Shown here: piece by piece, positions 17,223-26,728 of the stretch
Layout: each line of letters starts with the position of its first letter
How positions within the stretch are numbered: position 1 is the stretch's first letter
IMG/VR virus record: IMGVR_UViG_3300031251_000970
Coordinates: 1-64,000 of that record
DNA: 64,000 bases
Source of the DNA: a virus
Direction: 5' to 3' (one strand)
Translations under genes and position numbers: made by a program
Notes under the pieces: generated by a model
The model's database searches: none
Seen by the model: only the letters and a program-made list of their open reading frames with translations
What the model was told of the DNA's origin: nothing

Positions 17223-17939
17223 TTAGAATGGAATGTCCGATTTGTAGTCTTCTCCGGCTTCCAGGAATGGCATCAGATCGTGCCGCTGAAACTCTGAAAC
17301 GCAATAGGACGACACCGGCCCGAGAACCGTGAATGTTACTCCAGGATATTGCTTCGCCAGTCGCTTGGCCTCGGCTTCGGCATATTCGACGCATGTGTGT
17401 TCGTAGTTCGCAGGTCCGTGATCGCTCTTGACGATCCAGAATGCTCGTGGTCCGCGAGGTTCCTTTATGATCGATTGCGGTTCTGCGGGTTTCTCGGGAC
17501 GCCTCACGAATTCGAATAGGCTTGGGATGAATCGCGATTTATCCACACCGCTCGAAATCTCAATAAATCCGCAAGCCGATATTCCCGTAATTCGATATTC
17601 TTTCCCGATGATTGGAGCATCCGGCGGAAGGATAATTGTGCGGCCATGAATTTCTTGACGAATTTCTGCAATGCATTTTACGATATCGCCGACCTTCCAT
17701 TGATTCGGCGGAAGTGGACCGATGACAACTTTTTCGAATATCGACTCCGGATAATGCCGATGGAATCCATAATCATTTCTCACGACAACTCGCGGACTCT
17801 CATGCCCCTCCGCACATCGCACAACGATGTATCTTTTGAGCGACGTCAACCCGCTTTCCTTATGCTGGTCGATGCATTCGACCATGTCTCCCTCGTGGAA
17901 CTTTCGTCCCAGTGCCGCAGATTCATTTTGCGAACTCAT
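17223..17939 (-). CDS. Hypothetical protein with two SH3/KOW-like repeats and an acidic DIPF tail
   Basis: FHEGDMVECI and WKVGDIVKCI repeats; ends in SDIPF. Confidence 0.7.
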   Translation of the reverse strand: MSSQNESAALGRKFHEGDMVECIDQHKESGLTSLKRYIVVRCAEGHESPRVVVRNDYGFHRHYPESIFEKVVIGPLPPNQWKVGDIVKCIAEIRQEIHGRTIILPPDAPIIGKEYRITGISACGFIEISSGVDKSRFIPSLFEFVRRPEKPAEPQSIIKEPRGPRAFWIVKSDHGPANYEHTCVEYAEAEAKRLAKQYPGVTFTVLGPVSSYCVSEFQRHDLMPFLEAGEDYKSDIPF

Positions 17940-17951
17940 TTTCGGTTCCTT

Positions 17952-18656
17952 TCAAAGTCCTGATTGCCATTGATGAGCGGGATGCTGATTTGCTTTCCGC
18001 CAGAAAAACGCTTCTCTTGCTCGGATCATGATGAGATGAGCGATGACTTCATCCGTCGGCACCATTGCTCCATATGTGGTCCCTTCGTAGTACCCGAGCG
18101 GATGCAGACACAGAGCACAGAGAATCTTCATTTCTCCGTTCTGATCGGGAGCAAGAGCGATCGTCGGCTTTCCCTTTCGCAGCCAATAGGTCACGCCCGA
18201 TTTCTTTGATGATTCGAGAATCATTCCATGCAGCACATATGCCGCGAACAAATGCGGCTTGATCATCTGCCGCAGAGTATCCATCGCAATCAATTCGGCT
18301 TCCATGTCCTGCACTTCGGCGACTTCGAATACCGCGAGTTGTCTTTTTATTCCGCCTCCCAGTCGTTCGCGGCATTCCAGTTCAATGCCATGTCCGCGTT
18401 TTCCATTGTGCTCGAAAATCACGACGGTTCCGCCGCGTCGCGGACACCACCAGGAGTTGATGATTTTCCATTCGCCGAGCTCGTCACTTATTGCTGATTC
18501 CTCGGCTCCGAGAGTCGCTCCATTCAATGTCGGAATCCCATACCCTTCCGCGATTGAAAGCGGGAAACTTGCGATCGGAACTGGAGCACCACACCATTCG
18601 CCACGTTCAGCCGCGATCTCGCTTGCGACCTTCGATATTTGCAGCATTGTGACCAT
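17952..18656 (-). CDS. Hypothetical protein with CxxCxHP motif (partner of the GG-ending protein)
   Basis: LCALCLHP...PTDEVIAHL...EAFFWRKANQH; its ATG abuts the upstream TGA. Confidence 0.75.
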   Translation of the reverse strand: MVTMLQISKVASEIAAERGEWCGAPVPIASFPLSIAEGYGIPTLNGATLGAEESAISDELGEWKIINSWWCPRRGGTVVIFEHNGKRGHGIELECRERLGGGIKRQLAVFEVAEVQDMEAELIAMDTLRQMIKPHLFAAYVLHGMILESSKKSGVTYWLRKGKPTIALAPDQNGEMKILCALCLHPLGYYEGTTYGAMVPTDEVIAHLIMIRAREAFFWRKANQHPAHQWQSGL

Positions 18657-18962
18657 TCAACCACCTGCCGTTCGAGGGACGCCAATTGCCTTCGTTTTGT
18701 CCATCGCGACGCGGCGAGATTTGTATCCTCCCCGCTTCGCCGGAGTCGTCGCCGGTTCTGTGATGATGTATTCATCGCGATCGGGGTCGAACTTTTTGAC
18801 CGGATGAAGTTCTCCGTCAACTTCAATCGCAAGCAGATACCCGCGTTTCAGCATGTCGTTAATCATCGTTTTTGCTTTTTTGATGTCATCCGGTTTCGAC
18901 TTGTCGATCTTCACTCGGATGTCACCCGCAGAGCAGTTCAAGATTCTCAATTCTCCAGACAT
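18657..18962 (-). CDS. Small protein ending in Gly-Gly
   Basis: 101 aa from ATG 18962 (AAGGA RBS), ending VPRTAGG-stop. Confidence 0.75.
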   Translation of the reverse strand: MSGELRILNCSAGDIRVKIDKSKPDDIKKAKTMINDMLKRGYLLAIEVDGELHPVKKFDPDRDEYIITEPATTPAKRGGYKSRRVAMDKTKAIGVPRTAGG

Positions 18963-18964
18963 CT

Positions 18965-19273
18965 TCAATTCCTTTCGGGGTCGTTTTCGAGCATGAATTC
19001 TTCCACGTATTCCTCCAAATTGCAGCCCAGATTTAATCCGATTCTCAGGCATTCTCTCGATTCAACGCTGTGAAGTTTATCTTTCGCACACACCGCTACG
19101 AATACTGCCGCAGAGAGCAGAGCTTGAACGGCGACCATCGCATCGACGTCTGACATTCGCCATTGCTCCAGAACGCCGTTAATCAACTCATCCGAGTATT
19201 CAGCGATTTGAGCGAGAAGTTTTTCGAAATCCTCATCGCTCATTTCGTCGCCGATGTTGTCCGCCTGTTTCAT
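18965..19273 (-). CDS. Hypothetical acidic protein
   Basis: GGGGA RBS before MKQADN; start moved. Confidence 0.55.
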   Translation of the reverse strand: MKQADNIGDEMSDEDFEKLLAQIAEYSDELINGVLEQWRMSDVDAMVAVQALLSAAVFVAVCAKDKLHSVESRECLRIGLNLGCNLEEYVEEFMLENDPERN

Positions 19274-19422
19274 TTTCCAATCCCCAGCAAAATAAACCCG
19301 TAGGTCGCGAATCCGAATCCGGCAACAATCGCCGAATCCATTAAAAGTCCTGACAGATATTTGTGCATGAGTCGACTCCTTGAATGAGATATTCAATCAT
19401 CGACAAAATGCATCTCCATTCT

Positions 19423-19941
19423 TCAGCTTATCGCCGTCAGCATGGAATCCGATCGCAGATAGAGCGGATGCTTCGGCTCGCCTGATTTCGTCAAGCCAAA
19501 ATGATAAACCGTCCTGCCGAACAAAATTCTCTTCACGTCTCTTGATCGATTCTCGTGCGATCCATGATTACCCCAAGCGATGATTGTGCGGCCTGCTCGT
19601 GAAACAACGAATTGAATTGCTCGATCATTGTCAGGTCCGATCGGATGCGGATGATTCCTCATCGCGATTGGGCACGTCGATCGAAACGCGAACGCATTGA
19701 GCATGATCAATCCGTTGTATCCCCATCGTTTTGCGAACCCGATGCAGCGAGTGATTGTTGGATCGTTTTTGGTTTCATCGGCCGTCGACGGATTCAATCC
19801 GATGACGCAGAGCATGTCGGAACAAATCGACTTATTGAACATATCCGGCTTTTCCCAGCGTCGCCATAGCGTGTATCGATAGATTCGATCCTCGCTGAAT
19901 ACCGCTCCTGAATCGTCGTCGCCAATCCATTCCGAGACCAT
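19423..19941 (-). CDS. DUF1643-family protein
   Basis: YRYTLWRRW, IGLNPSTAD..DPTI.RC, AWG, PKHPLY; start moved to 19941. Confidence 0.88.
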   Translation of the reverse strand: MVSEWIGDDDSGAVFSEDRIYRYTLWRRWEKPDMFNKSICSDMLCVIGLNPSTADETKNDPTITRCIGFAKRWGYNGLIMLNAFAFRSTCPIAMRNHPHPIGPDNDRAIQFVVSRAGRTIIAWGNHGSHENRSRDVKRILFGRTVYHFGLTKSGEPKHPLYLRSDSMLTAIS

Positions 19942-20225
19942 CACGATACAACCTCGACTTCCGCTTTCGGCTTGGGTTTTCCGTCGGCATCCCACTGTGC
20001 GGAGAACAGTTCTTTCTTCGAACCGTAACGCATGGATAATTTTCCGAGCTTGTCGATGGATGCATCGATCGCGGCCATGTCGACGGTTCCCGGTCCGCCG
20101 AGTTTCATCAGGGCGATGGCTTCCGTGAAAACATCCATTCGGCATTTCGCGACTTCGGCTCCCATCTCGATGAATGTTTTTTGAGCCTTGCTCAATTTCT
20201 TGGATTTCGGTTTTTCTTCCGTCAT
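19941..20225 (-). CDS. Hypothetical protein
   Basis: 94 aa, AGGA RBS, TGATG-coupled. Confidence 0.6.
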   Translation of the reverse strand: MTEEKPKSKKLSKAQKTFIEMGAEVAKCRMDVFTEAIALMKLGGPGTVDMAAIDASIDKLGKLSMRYGSKKELFSAQWDADGKPKPKAEVEVVS

Positions 20226-20234
20226 TTTTTCTTC

Positions 20235-21596
20235 CTAAAACTGTCGGTCCACATAGTCTGAGAATTCACGTTGATTCCCATCGACTGGCAAAATCCGCTG
20301 CCGTTTGAAATCGCAAACCATCTCGATCGATTGTCCGCGACCCTCTCGATTTCGATTCTTGTCGCACAAGATTCGATATTCGTTTTTGTTGGCGTAGGTC
20401 GGATCAAGCATGCTCGGAATGTATGGCAGCAAGATCACATCCGCATCGGCTTCGAGCGACCCCGAGCCTTTCAAATCGCTCGACTGCGGTACGAGATTGT
20501 TTCGACCCTGAACTTGTCGATTGAGTTGAGCCAGCAACAAAATCACGATCTCGTGACGACCCGCGACCTGCTTCAATCTCATCGATACGTTGCCGATTTG
20601 TTGTTCGAGCGTATCGCCTTTCCCCTCGACCATCTGAGCATAATCGACCGCGACGATCTGAACTCGGTGCGATTTCACAGCCCGAGCGATTGTTCGTTCG
20701 ACTTTCGCAATCGTTCGACATTTCTCCGAGACCAGTACCGGAGCCCGAACGCTGAAATGTTGCTTCACTTCGTCCACGAGTGTTGTGATGTTGTCCCGCC
20801 AAGTTTCTTTCGGCATTTTCGACAAATAGGCGATTGTCCGACTGGCGACATTTTGCGTCGACATCTCCTCGCTGATCATCAATCCCGCGATCCCCTTCCG
20901 CGAGGCTTCGTCGAGCCATTGCAACGCGACGCACGATTTCCCATGCGATGGTCTCGCCCCAATGACGATCAAATCTCCTTTGCTGACGCCCTGAATCAAA
21001 TCGTCGATCTCTCGGATTCCCCACCAGAGCGAGGGCAACGCGCCGGTCGCGAGCGAATTCACTTCTGCCTGAGTGTGATCCTGCAAAGTTCGCGGACGTG
21101 ATCTCTTGACCGACAACGACTCGGCCATTCGCATCGCGGCATCGTGAGCGTTTTCGATGATTTCCTGATCGTCCTTGGTCACGTCAAATGCCGATTGAAC
21201 GAGTTGTTCGCCGATTGCGATCATTTTCCGACGCCTCGCACGCGAAACGACGATTGCGGCATAGCTGAGCATGTGCGATGAGTCGAATTCGGCCTCAAGA
21301 ATCTCCAATAACGCATGCGGACCGCCAATTTCTGCCAAATCTCCGTTCGATTCCAGTTGATCTCCAACCAGGATCACGTCCACATTGCCGTCATTCGCGT
21401 CGTAAACCTGCCAGATCGCTTTCTGAACCTTTCGACTCAAATCCGAGTAATAATCCTCGAGCGAGAGCGTTTCACGCAGTTTGACGACATCCTCGATGAA
21501 TTTTGACGCTCCAAACTTGCCAGTGAGCATCTGCGAAGCCAAGAGGCTTTTCTCGGCTGCGAGGTTCTGAGGAGGGATGCGGAGTTTTTGATTCAT
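20235..21596 (-). CDS. dnaB: Replicative DnaB-like helicase
   Basis: PPQNLAAE, GARPSHGKS, SEEM, VDYAQ, LLAQLNR, DLKGSGSLEADAD, KNRN. Confidence 0.93.
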   Translation of the reverse strand: MNQKLRIPPQNLAAEKSLLASQMLTGKFGASKFIEDVVKLRETLSLEDYYSDLSRKVQKAIWQVYDANDGNVDVILVGDQLESNGDLAEIGGPHALLEILEAEFDSSHMLSYAAIVVSRARRRKMIAIGEQLVQSAFDVTKDDQEIIENAHDAAMRMAESLSVKRSRPRTLQDHTQAEVNSLATGALPSLWWGIREIDDLIQGVSKGDLIVIGARPSHGKSCVALQWLDEASRKGIAGLMISEEMSTQNVASRTIAYLSKMPKETWRDNITTLVDEVKQHFSVRAPVLVSEKCRTIAKVERTIARAVKSHRVQIVAVDYAQMVEGKGDTLEQQIGNVSMRLKQVAGRHEIVILLLAQLNRQVQGRNNLVPQSSDLKGSGSLEADADVILLPYIPSMLDPTYANKNEYRILCDKNRNREGRGQSIEMVCDFKRQRILPVDGNQREFSDYVDRQF

Positions 21597-22615
21597 GATA
21601 CGAACTTCTCAGCCGCTGTCAGGGGTTTCATTTTGGGAACTTCCTGCGAGTGTGAATCTCTGACATTTTCCCACGCTTCCGCCGAATCGGTGTCGTGGCG
21701 ATTCTTAAAAAAAGACTTGAGTTCAATGCGACCTTTGGTCGATCTACCGTGGGGAGATTTCAAATAGTCCATTACTCGTTGAATCAAATATTCTCCGGCC
21801 TCGAATTCATCGCATTTCATCTCGAGCGATAATTCAAACCTCGCAACGTTGAATTCCTGAAAAACTCCCCGAGACCCTTTCTGAAGTTCCAGAGGAACCG
21901 TTTTCCAAAATTCGTCGAATTGATCATCAGTCGCGGTCGGAAATATCCTTTGAGCGGCTTCGAACCGTCTTCGTTTTTCTTCATCAGTTTCGAGAGAAAT
22001 CGCCGGATCTTCTTTCTTTTCTTTAGTTCTTAAATTCTTAAATTCTTTAGATGTGCCGGTTAGCTGTTCATGTCTTAAACAGTCCGCTGCCGGTTTACTG
22101 TTCATGTCTGAAGCAGTGCACTGTTCAATAGGTTGTTCATTCTCAGAATCGTATTTTCCATTAACTGATTCTGAATAACCATTTATGCAAATATCATCCT
22201 GTTCATTAGCTTGTGCAGACCGCTGTTCAAATTTCTGGTATTTCTCGTAGTTGCAAATCGTGATTATTGAAAAAAGGTTGTTCACATTTTCAATATTCAG
22301 AAAACCGGCTTTTTCGAGTTTTTCGAGCCTTCTCCAGAGCGTCGACTCGCTTGGAATGAAGTCGTGCTTGATCCGAAAACCGGCGTCGTCGTGAGTCCGG
22401 TAAAGTTTCTTATGGAGAGCGGATCGGCCCGTAATAAACGACCCTCGCGGAATCATCATTTTCGCCGTTGATCCGGAAACTCGCATCTCCGCATCTTTCC
22501 AGTTCGCTGACATGCAGCAGAAACACCATAGACGGCACATGCAGTCGCTCTCCCAAATGAGCGGCTTTTCCATTACCGATCGATATATCTTGATCCAGGA
22601 ACCGTTCTCGCTCAT
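21593..22615 (-). CDS. Phage replication initiator / replisome organizer
   Basis: WIKIYRS, ANWKD, IPRGSFITG, IITICNYEKYQ; directly upstream of DnaB. Confidence 0.85.
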   Translation of the reverse strand: MSENGSWIKIYRSVMEKPLIWESDCMCRLWCFCCMSANWKDAEMRVSGSTAKMMIPRGSFITGRSALHKKLYRTHDDAGFRIKHDFIPSESTLWRRLEKLEKAGFLNIENVNNLFSIITICNYEKYQKFEQRSAQANEQDDICINGYSESVNGKYDSENEQPIEQCTASDMNSKPAADCLRHEQLTGTSKEFKNLRTKEKKEDPAISLETDEEKRRRFEAAQRIFPTATDDQFDEFWKTVPLELQKGSRGVFQEFNVARFELSLEMKCDEFEAGEYLIQRVMDYLKSPHGRSTKGRIELKSFFKNRHDTDSAEAWENVRDSHSQEVPKMKPLTAAEKFVS

Positions 22616-22618
22616 TGG

Positions 22619-23149
22619 TCAATCCGCAAGTTGATTTTCCGAGAGAGATCGAATCTCTTTGAAAATGATTCGTCGATATTTCATCGCAAGTCGGTCTCGC
22701 GGTTTTCCATGCAGGAAATTTCCGCCATTGCGATCGATGTGAATTCGTTCGAGGACGATCATAAAATAAAGTAGGGATGCACTCGCCAAAATGTCCAAAT
22801 TGGAGCAACCTTCGATCTGGAGGAGATCATTTATCGAGTCGCAGATTCTGCCTTCGAGAGCATAAATCTCCTTCCAGTTTTCTGAAAACCATTTTTCGTC
22901 AGAAGTCGCCTTTCTGCGATTCAATATCGAATCTACTTCGGATTCGTCTAACGAGATTCCGATTCTCCCTTGATTGCATTCTCTGCAAACCGCGATCAAA
23001 TTATCGAAGTACTCTCCTCCGCCGCTGGTCATCGGGCGAATATGGCCACACTCAAGTACAATTTCTGGACTTTTCCTGCCGCAAAATTGGCAGGTAAATG
23101 AATCTCGACTTAGAACTCGAAATCGCTCGGCTTTTGTTCTCCAAACCAT
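22619..23149 (-). CDS. HNH endonuclease-like protein
   Basis: RDSFTCQFCG...HIRP..GG...NLIAVCRECN; GGAGG RBS before ATG 23149. Confidence 0.85.
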   Translation of the reverse strand: MVWRTKAERFRVLSRDSFTCQFCGRKSPEIVLECGHIRPMTSGGGEYFDNLIAVCRECNQGRIGISLDESEVDSILNRRKATSDEKWFSENWKEIYALEGRICDSINDLLQIEGCSNLDILASASLLYFMIVLERIHIDRNGGNFLHGKPRDRLAMKYRRIIFKEIRSLSENQLAD

Positions 23150-23166
23150 CGGTCGACCTCCAAAAC

Positions 23167-23214
23167 GAACAACCCGCATCTCTCAGGGAACGTCTGAAAA
23201 ATGCGGGTCGTTGT
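23167..23214 (-). promoter_or_regulatory. Long leader hairpin upstream of the replication genes (possible attenuator)
   Basis: AACGACCCGCAT/ATGCGGGTTGTT stem followed by CGTTTT; TTGACA at 23306..23311 upstream. Confidence 0.45.
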
Positions 23215-23532
23215 ATGGGCATGCCCACGATCTAATTGTATCGCATCGCAAACGGTCGTTCCTCCGAATGCGTTGAGCCGCTGATTATTCAATTGCCGGT
23301 CGGATTGTCAATCGATGATTGCTTAGAATTTCCGCCATTCTATTTCTGAGTTATTCATGAAATTGTGAATAACTCGGTTTTGTCAATCGAGACTTTTCGC
23401 ATCGACCGTTTTCCGTGGACGACCCATTGCAGGCCGATCCGACCAGGATTTGATCGCAAGTTCACGACTACTTTCGACTATCGTCAATAAGTAGGCGTAC
23501 AGTTTTTCGAGAATTCGGAAAGATTGGGGATT

Positions 23533-23790
23533 TTAGTCGTCGTCATTGCATCGACATCGAGTATCCAGGCTTCCGCAGTGACGGCAGCATTCGAATCGGT
23601 CGAGGAACGCCAATCGCTCAGAATCAGTGAGTTTAGTGAAGGCTAATGGGAGTTGTTCGACGGCAGCAATGGCGACGGCATTAGCTGCGGCTTCCCATCG
23701 ATCAATTGCATCGGGTATTGATAAATTGCAACCTGGAATGTTTTTCCAAAAAGCCTCGTACGCGATTTGCCCCGGTGTCTTTTCACTCAT
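23533..23790 (-). CDS. Hypothetical protein (KTPGQIAYEA N-terminus)
   Basis: AAGGA RBS; C-terminal Cys cluster. Confidence 0.7.
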   Translation of the reverse strand: MSEKTPGQIAYEAFWKNIPGCNLSIPDAIDRWEAAANAVAIAAVEQLPLAFTKLTDSERLAFLDRFECCRHCGSLDTRCRCNDDD

Positions 23791-23800
23791 TGCTGATTCC

Positions 23801-24085
23801 TTATGGATTCTTAACCGTCACAGTTGGATTTTGTACGGTCACGTTCGGAAAATACAGATGAGACCAATTGCCGGTATGCTGGTCTCCCGACAACTCCCAA
23901 GATGAGGGGCTGCACAACTCTTTCAAGAACTCATCGCGAATTGCCTCTGCGACCACTTCCCACATCGAACGACTAAGGGCCGTTCTCAGGCTCCAGCGAG
24001 AAGTTCCATCGCTCATTTCAAGGGGCTCTCCTTCAAATGTCAGCGATGCCTCGTACGCGATCTGTCCCGGCGTTTTCTCGGTCAT
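23801..24085 (-). CDS. Hypothetical protein (KTPGQIAYEA N-terminus)
   Basis: AAGGA RBS; start moved to 24085. Confidence 0.7.
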   Translation of the reverse strand: MTEKTPGQIAYEASLTFEGEPLEMSDGTSRWSLRTALSRSMWEVVAEAIRDEFLKELCSPSSWELSGDQHTGNWSHLYFPNVTVQNPTVTVKNP

Positions 24086-24551
24086 TTTGTTAGGTTCCTT
24101 TTCATTATTTCGATCGAGACTGCTGAAGGTTTTTGACCTTTTTCCGCAAGTGACGAATTTCATCGATCGAACAACTCGAACAAAAATCCAATGACCGTGA
24201 TTCCGGCCATTCGTGCCCGTCCTTCAAGAAAATCGATACGTTACACCGGCAGCAATAGTGATCATCATCTGACAATTTCGGTTTTTTCATGCTGTAATCC
24301 TTACTCCAATCTCGTCACTCACCTTGTGTTGGATTTGCCGACCAGTCTTCCCTCGATCTCATCCGGTGCTCCGGAATCCTGACCGTACACCAACCCAGAA
24401 TCCCCGGAAATTTCTTGCAATAACGATTCATCGCCGCCGACAATCGTCCCGCTGGCAATTTCGGTCCACTTTGCCGCCGACGCTTATCGCTTCCAAGAGC
24501 GTTTCCGAAGAACGTCTCCGCAATTTTCTTCGCCTGCCTGAGTCGCATTGT

Positions 24552-24782
24552 TCAACCTCTTTGAATTTTGGGTTCAACCGTCGTGATTTCGCCCGGTTCC
24601 ACACCAAAGCTCTTGTCTGTAATTTCCGGATGTGAAACGTAGGCCGAGAAAAAATCACTTTCGGTCTTGCGAACGATTAGCTTTTCACCACGACGGGCAA
24701 GAAGTTGTTCCGGCCAATCTCCGGATGCGTCATGAATGATGTCTCGTGTTGCATAAACTGTTTGACCTACTTGAATACTCAT
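24552..24782 (-). CDS. Small SH3-like hypothetical protein
   Basis: GAGGA RBS; ATGA-coupled. Confidence 0.6.
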   Translation of the reverse strand: MSIQVGQTVYATRDIIHDASGDWPEQLLARRGEKLIVRKTESDFFSAYVSHPEITDKSFGVEPGEITTVEPKIQRG

Positions 24783-24979
24783 GATTCCTCATTCGCAAAG
24801 TCGCTATCAAAACTGACATCTTCGGGTTCGCACGCTTCGCCGTTTGGGCCTTTGAAACGAACGAATACATATTTGGAATTCCAGGACGACAGCTTGCCAA
24901 ATTCAATCCGGCAGAATTGGCGATGGTAGGTCACGTTTCGGCCGATGTCTTTTTCTGTAAGTTTCGCGATCTCGATCAT
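24779..24979 (-). CDS. Small hypothetical protein
   Basis: DIGRNVTY..EFGKLSSWN..VFVRF. Confidence 0.65.
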   Translation of the reverse strand: MIEIAKLTEKDIGRNVTYHRQFCRIEFGKLSSWNSKYVFVRFKGPNGEACEPEDVSFDSDFANEES

Positions 24980-24980
24980 T

Positions 24981-25262
24981 TCATCGCCCCTTCAAATTAT
25001 CAAACTGTTCTTTGATTGCAGTTCTGGCGACTTTGATATGACTCAGACCAGGACGAACCACCTCCGTAATGCTGGCGAGAAACCGGCGAAGACCTTGTTC
25101 GTGACGAGACATATATCCTTCGCCAAGTTTTTCGTAAAAGGCTTTGATGAACGAATCGACTCCATACCCAGCAAGATCAACAAGAGCCTCGGCCTCCTCT
25201 TCGTCGACCGTAAATGTGATCGCGACATCGATCGTTGGTTTACAATTTACTTTCGCCATCAC
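24981..25262 (-). CDS. Hypothetical protein
   Basis: LAGYGVDSFIKAFYEKLG motif; RBS. Confidence 0.65.
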   Translation of the reverse strand: MMAKVNCKPTIDVAITFTVDEEEAEALVDLAGYGVDSFIKAFYEKLGEGYMSRHEQGLRRFLASITEVVRPGLSHIKVARTAIKEQFDNLKGR

Positions 25263-25268
25263 TTCCCC

Positions 25269-25565
25269 TCATTTACGAAACCAGTTGTGCAAAAACTTTC
25301 TGAGCGGTTCGCATCGCCGATCAAGTTCGTCGCACCATTTCGATTTGTCACTCGCGATTTGCAGAATCGTGCAATCAAAACTCAGTGATTCACGCCATGT
25401 GATCCATGATTGGCAGGCACGCTCAAGGTTGTGATACCTGCGGAGTTCTTCGCGTAGACTTTCAATTGTGCGAGCGTCTTCGCAGTTTTTGCAGACGCAA
25501 TCCGCTTTATGTTTCGTCACTTCACTTCCCCCTGCCGCTATTCGGCTGAATTGGTTCTTCGCCAA
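25269..25565 (-). CDS. Hypothetical protein
   Basis: 98 aa ORF tiling the minus strand. Confidence 0.45.
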   Translation of the reverse strand: MAKNQFSRIAAGGSEVTKHKADCVCKNCEDARTIESLREELRRYHNLERACQSWITWRESLSFDCTILQIASDKSKWCDELDRRCEPLRKFLHNWFRK

Positions 25566-25910
25566 TCGATCTTGTTTTGAAATTCCGCGAACGCTTCGCC
25601 AATAGTGTTGAATTTTTTCTCAGCGGAAAGGCATCCCCAGCTTTCTCCAAGCCATGCTCGTTTTTCGCGATCGTCCCAAATGATGTATTTTCCTCTGCTC
25701 TTACCGACAGTCTGAAGGCATATTTGGATAGTTGACCCGTCGTAGACTTCCCGTGAAATCGGTCGAGGATATGCCGGACCTCCGACGCCGTTTATGCCAG
25801 TTCTTCGGGTATAATCCGCACCCGTTTCTCCGGGCAACGGCGGCGGAACCGGAGCGATCGGTCTCGCATTCCGATATGAATTTTCTTAGCTCATATTCAA
25901 ACCTTCCACA

Positions 25911-26261
25911 TCAGTCCAAATCGATTAACTCTTGGATCGACTCATCGAACCACTCTTGGTCTTGGATCCACCACACGGCTACGTCGACGAGAATGAAGTT
26001 TGTCCTGGCTGCCGATCTCAGTTTTTGCAACGTGACTTCACGATCGAAGTCGTCTTCTTCGATACACTTTTTTGGAACCCAGATTTGCATGTTGACGTCA
26101 TTATCTTCGTCATCCCAGTGCAACTGGATTGCCTTTTCGGTTTCCCTGACCAAGTGGCAGAGAATCGTCAAAAAGCGTGATGAGTCAGCCACGATCAATT
26201 CCCTCCATTCGCCGTTTAGCCTGTTTTCAAAGTTGGCCGTCTCTCCGGCCTGCCGCACCAC
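25911..26261 (-). CDS. Hypothetical acidic protein
   Basis: RETEKAI...WVPK motif; true start probably internal. Confidence 0.6.
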   Translation of the reverse strand: MVRQAGETANFENRLNGEWRELIVADSSRFLTILCHLVRETEKAIQLHWDDEDNDVNMQIWVPKKCIEEDDFDREVTLQKLRSAARTNFILVDVAVWWIQDQEWFDESIQELIDLD

Positions 26262-26431
26262 TGAAACTTTCGTTTCAACTGCCTGCTTCTACTGGGAGGT
26301 GTCACCATCGACTCGACGTGTGGCAGATTCCGGGGGCCGGTAGCCAGCGTGCGGTACCCCATGAACTTTTACTGGCGTTCAACGACTCATCAAATTTCCT
26401 TATTCATTCGCCCGTGCAGCGGCATACAGCG

Positions 26432-26638
26432 TTAGATCGAATATTGAACGATTACATTGCCATCGGGTGACAGCCTCACGCGGTGGTTATCACTGTCGAT
26501 TTCAAGCAACTTTTTTTCGTCGAATGATTCGACGAGCGGCCAGCATGCCTTCGACACATTTCGCCATCCATCGCCTGAGTCTCGCGATCGCATCAGCAGC
26601 AATAAAATTTCACGGTCTTTTTTCGTAATCATTTTCAT
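26432..26638 (-). CDS. Small hypothetical protein
   Basis: 68 aa, AAAGG RBS. Confidence 0.6.
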   Translation of the reverse strand: MKMITKKDREILLLLMRSRDSGDGWRNVSKACWPLVESFDEKKLLEIDSDNHRVRLSPDGNVIVQYSI

Positions 26639-26702
26639 CCTTTCTCGGTAGCGGCTGGCTACCTGTTTGCGGTTTCAACTAAGTGTTTCCCATGCGAGAG
26701 CA

Positions 26703-26728
26703 AACTGTTGCCGGGTTTTGATTTCAGA
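26703..26728. repeat. 26-bp dispersed direct repeat, copy 2
   Basis: Identical to 3572..3597. Confidence 0.9.

Noticed and set aside
26339-26663. 10-bp inverted repeat (ggtagccagc / gctggctacc) around a small gene, read as a mobile element
   Set aside because: Too short, no transposase or target duplication; the right copy is explained by a local hairpin.
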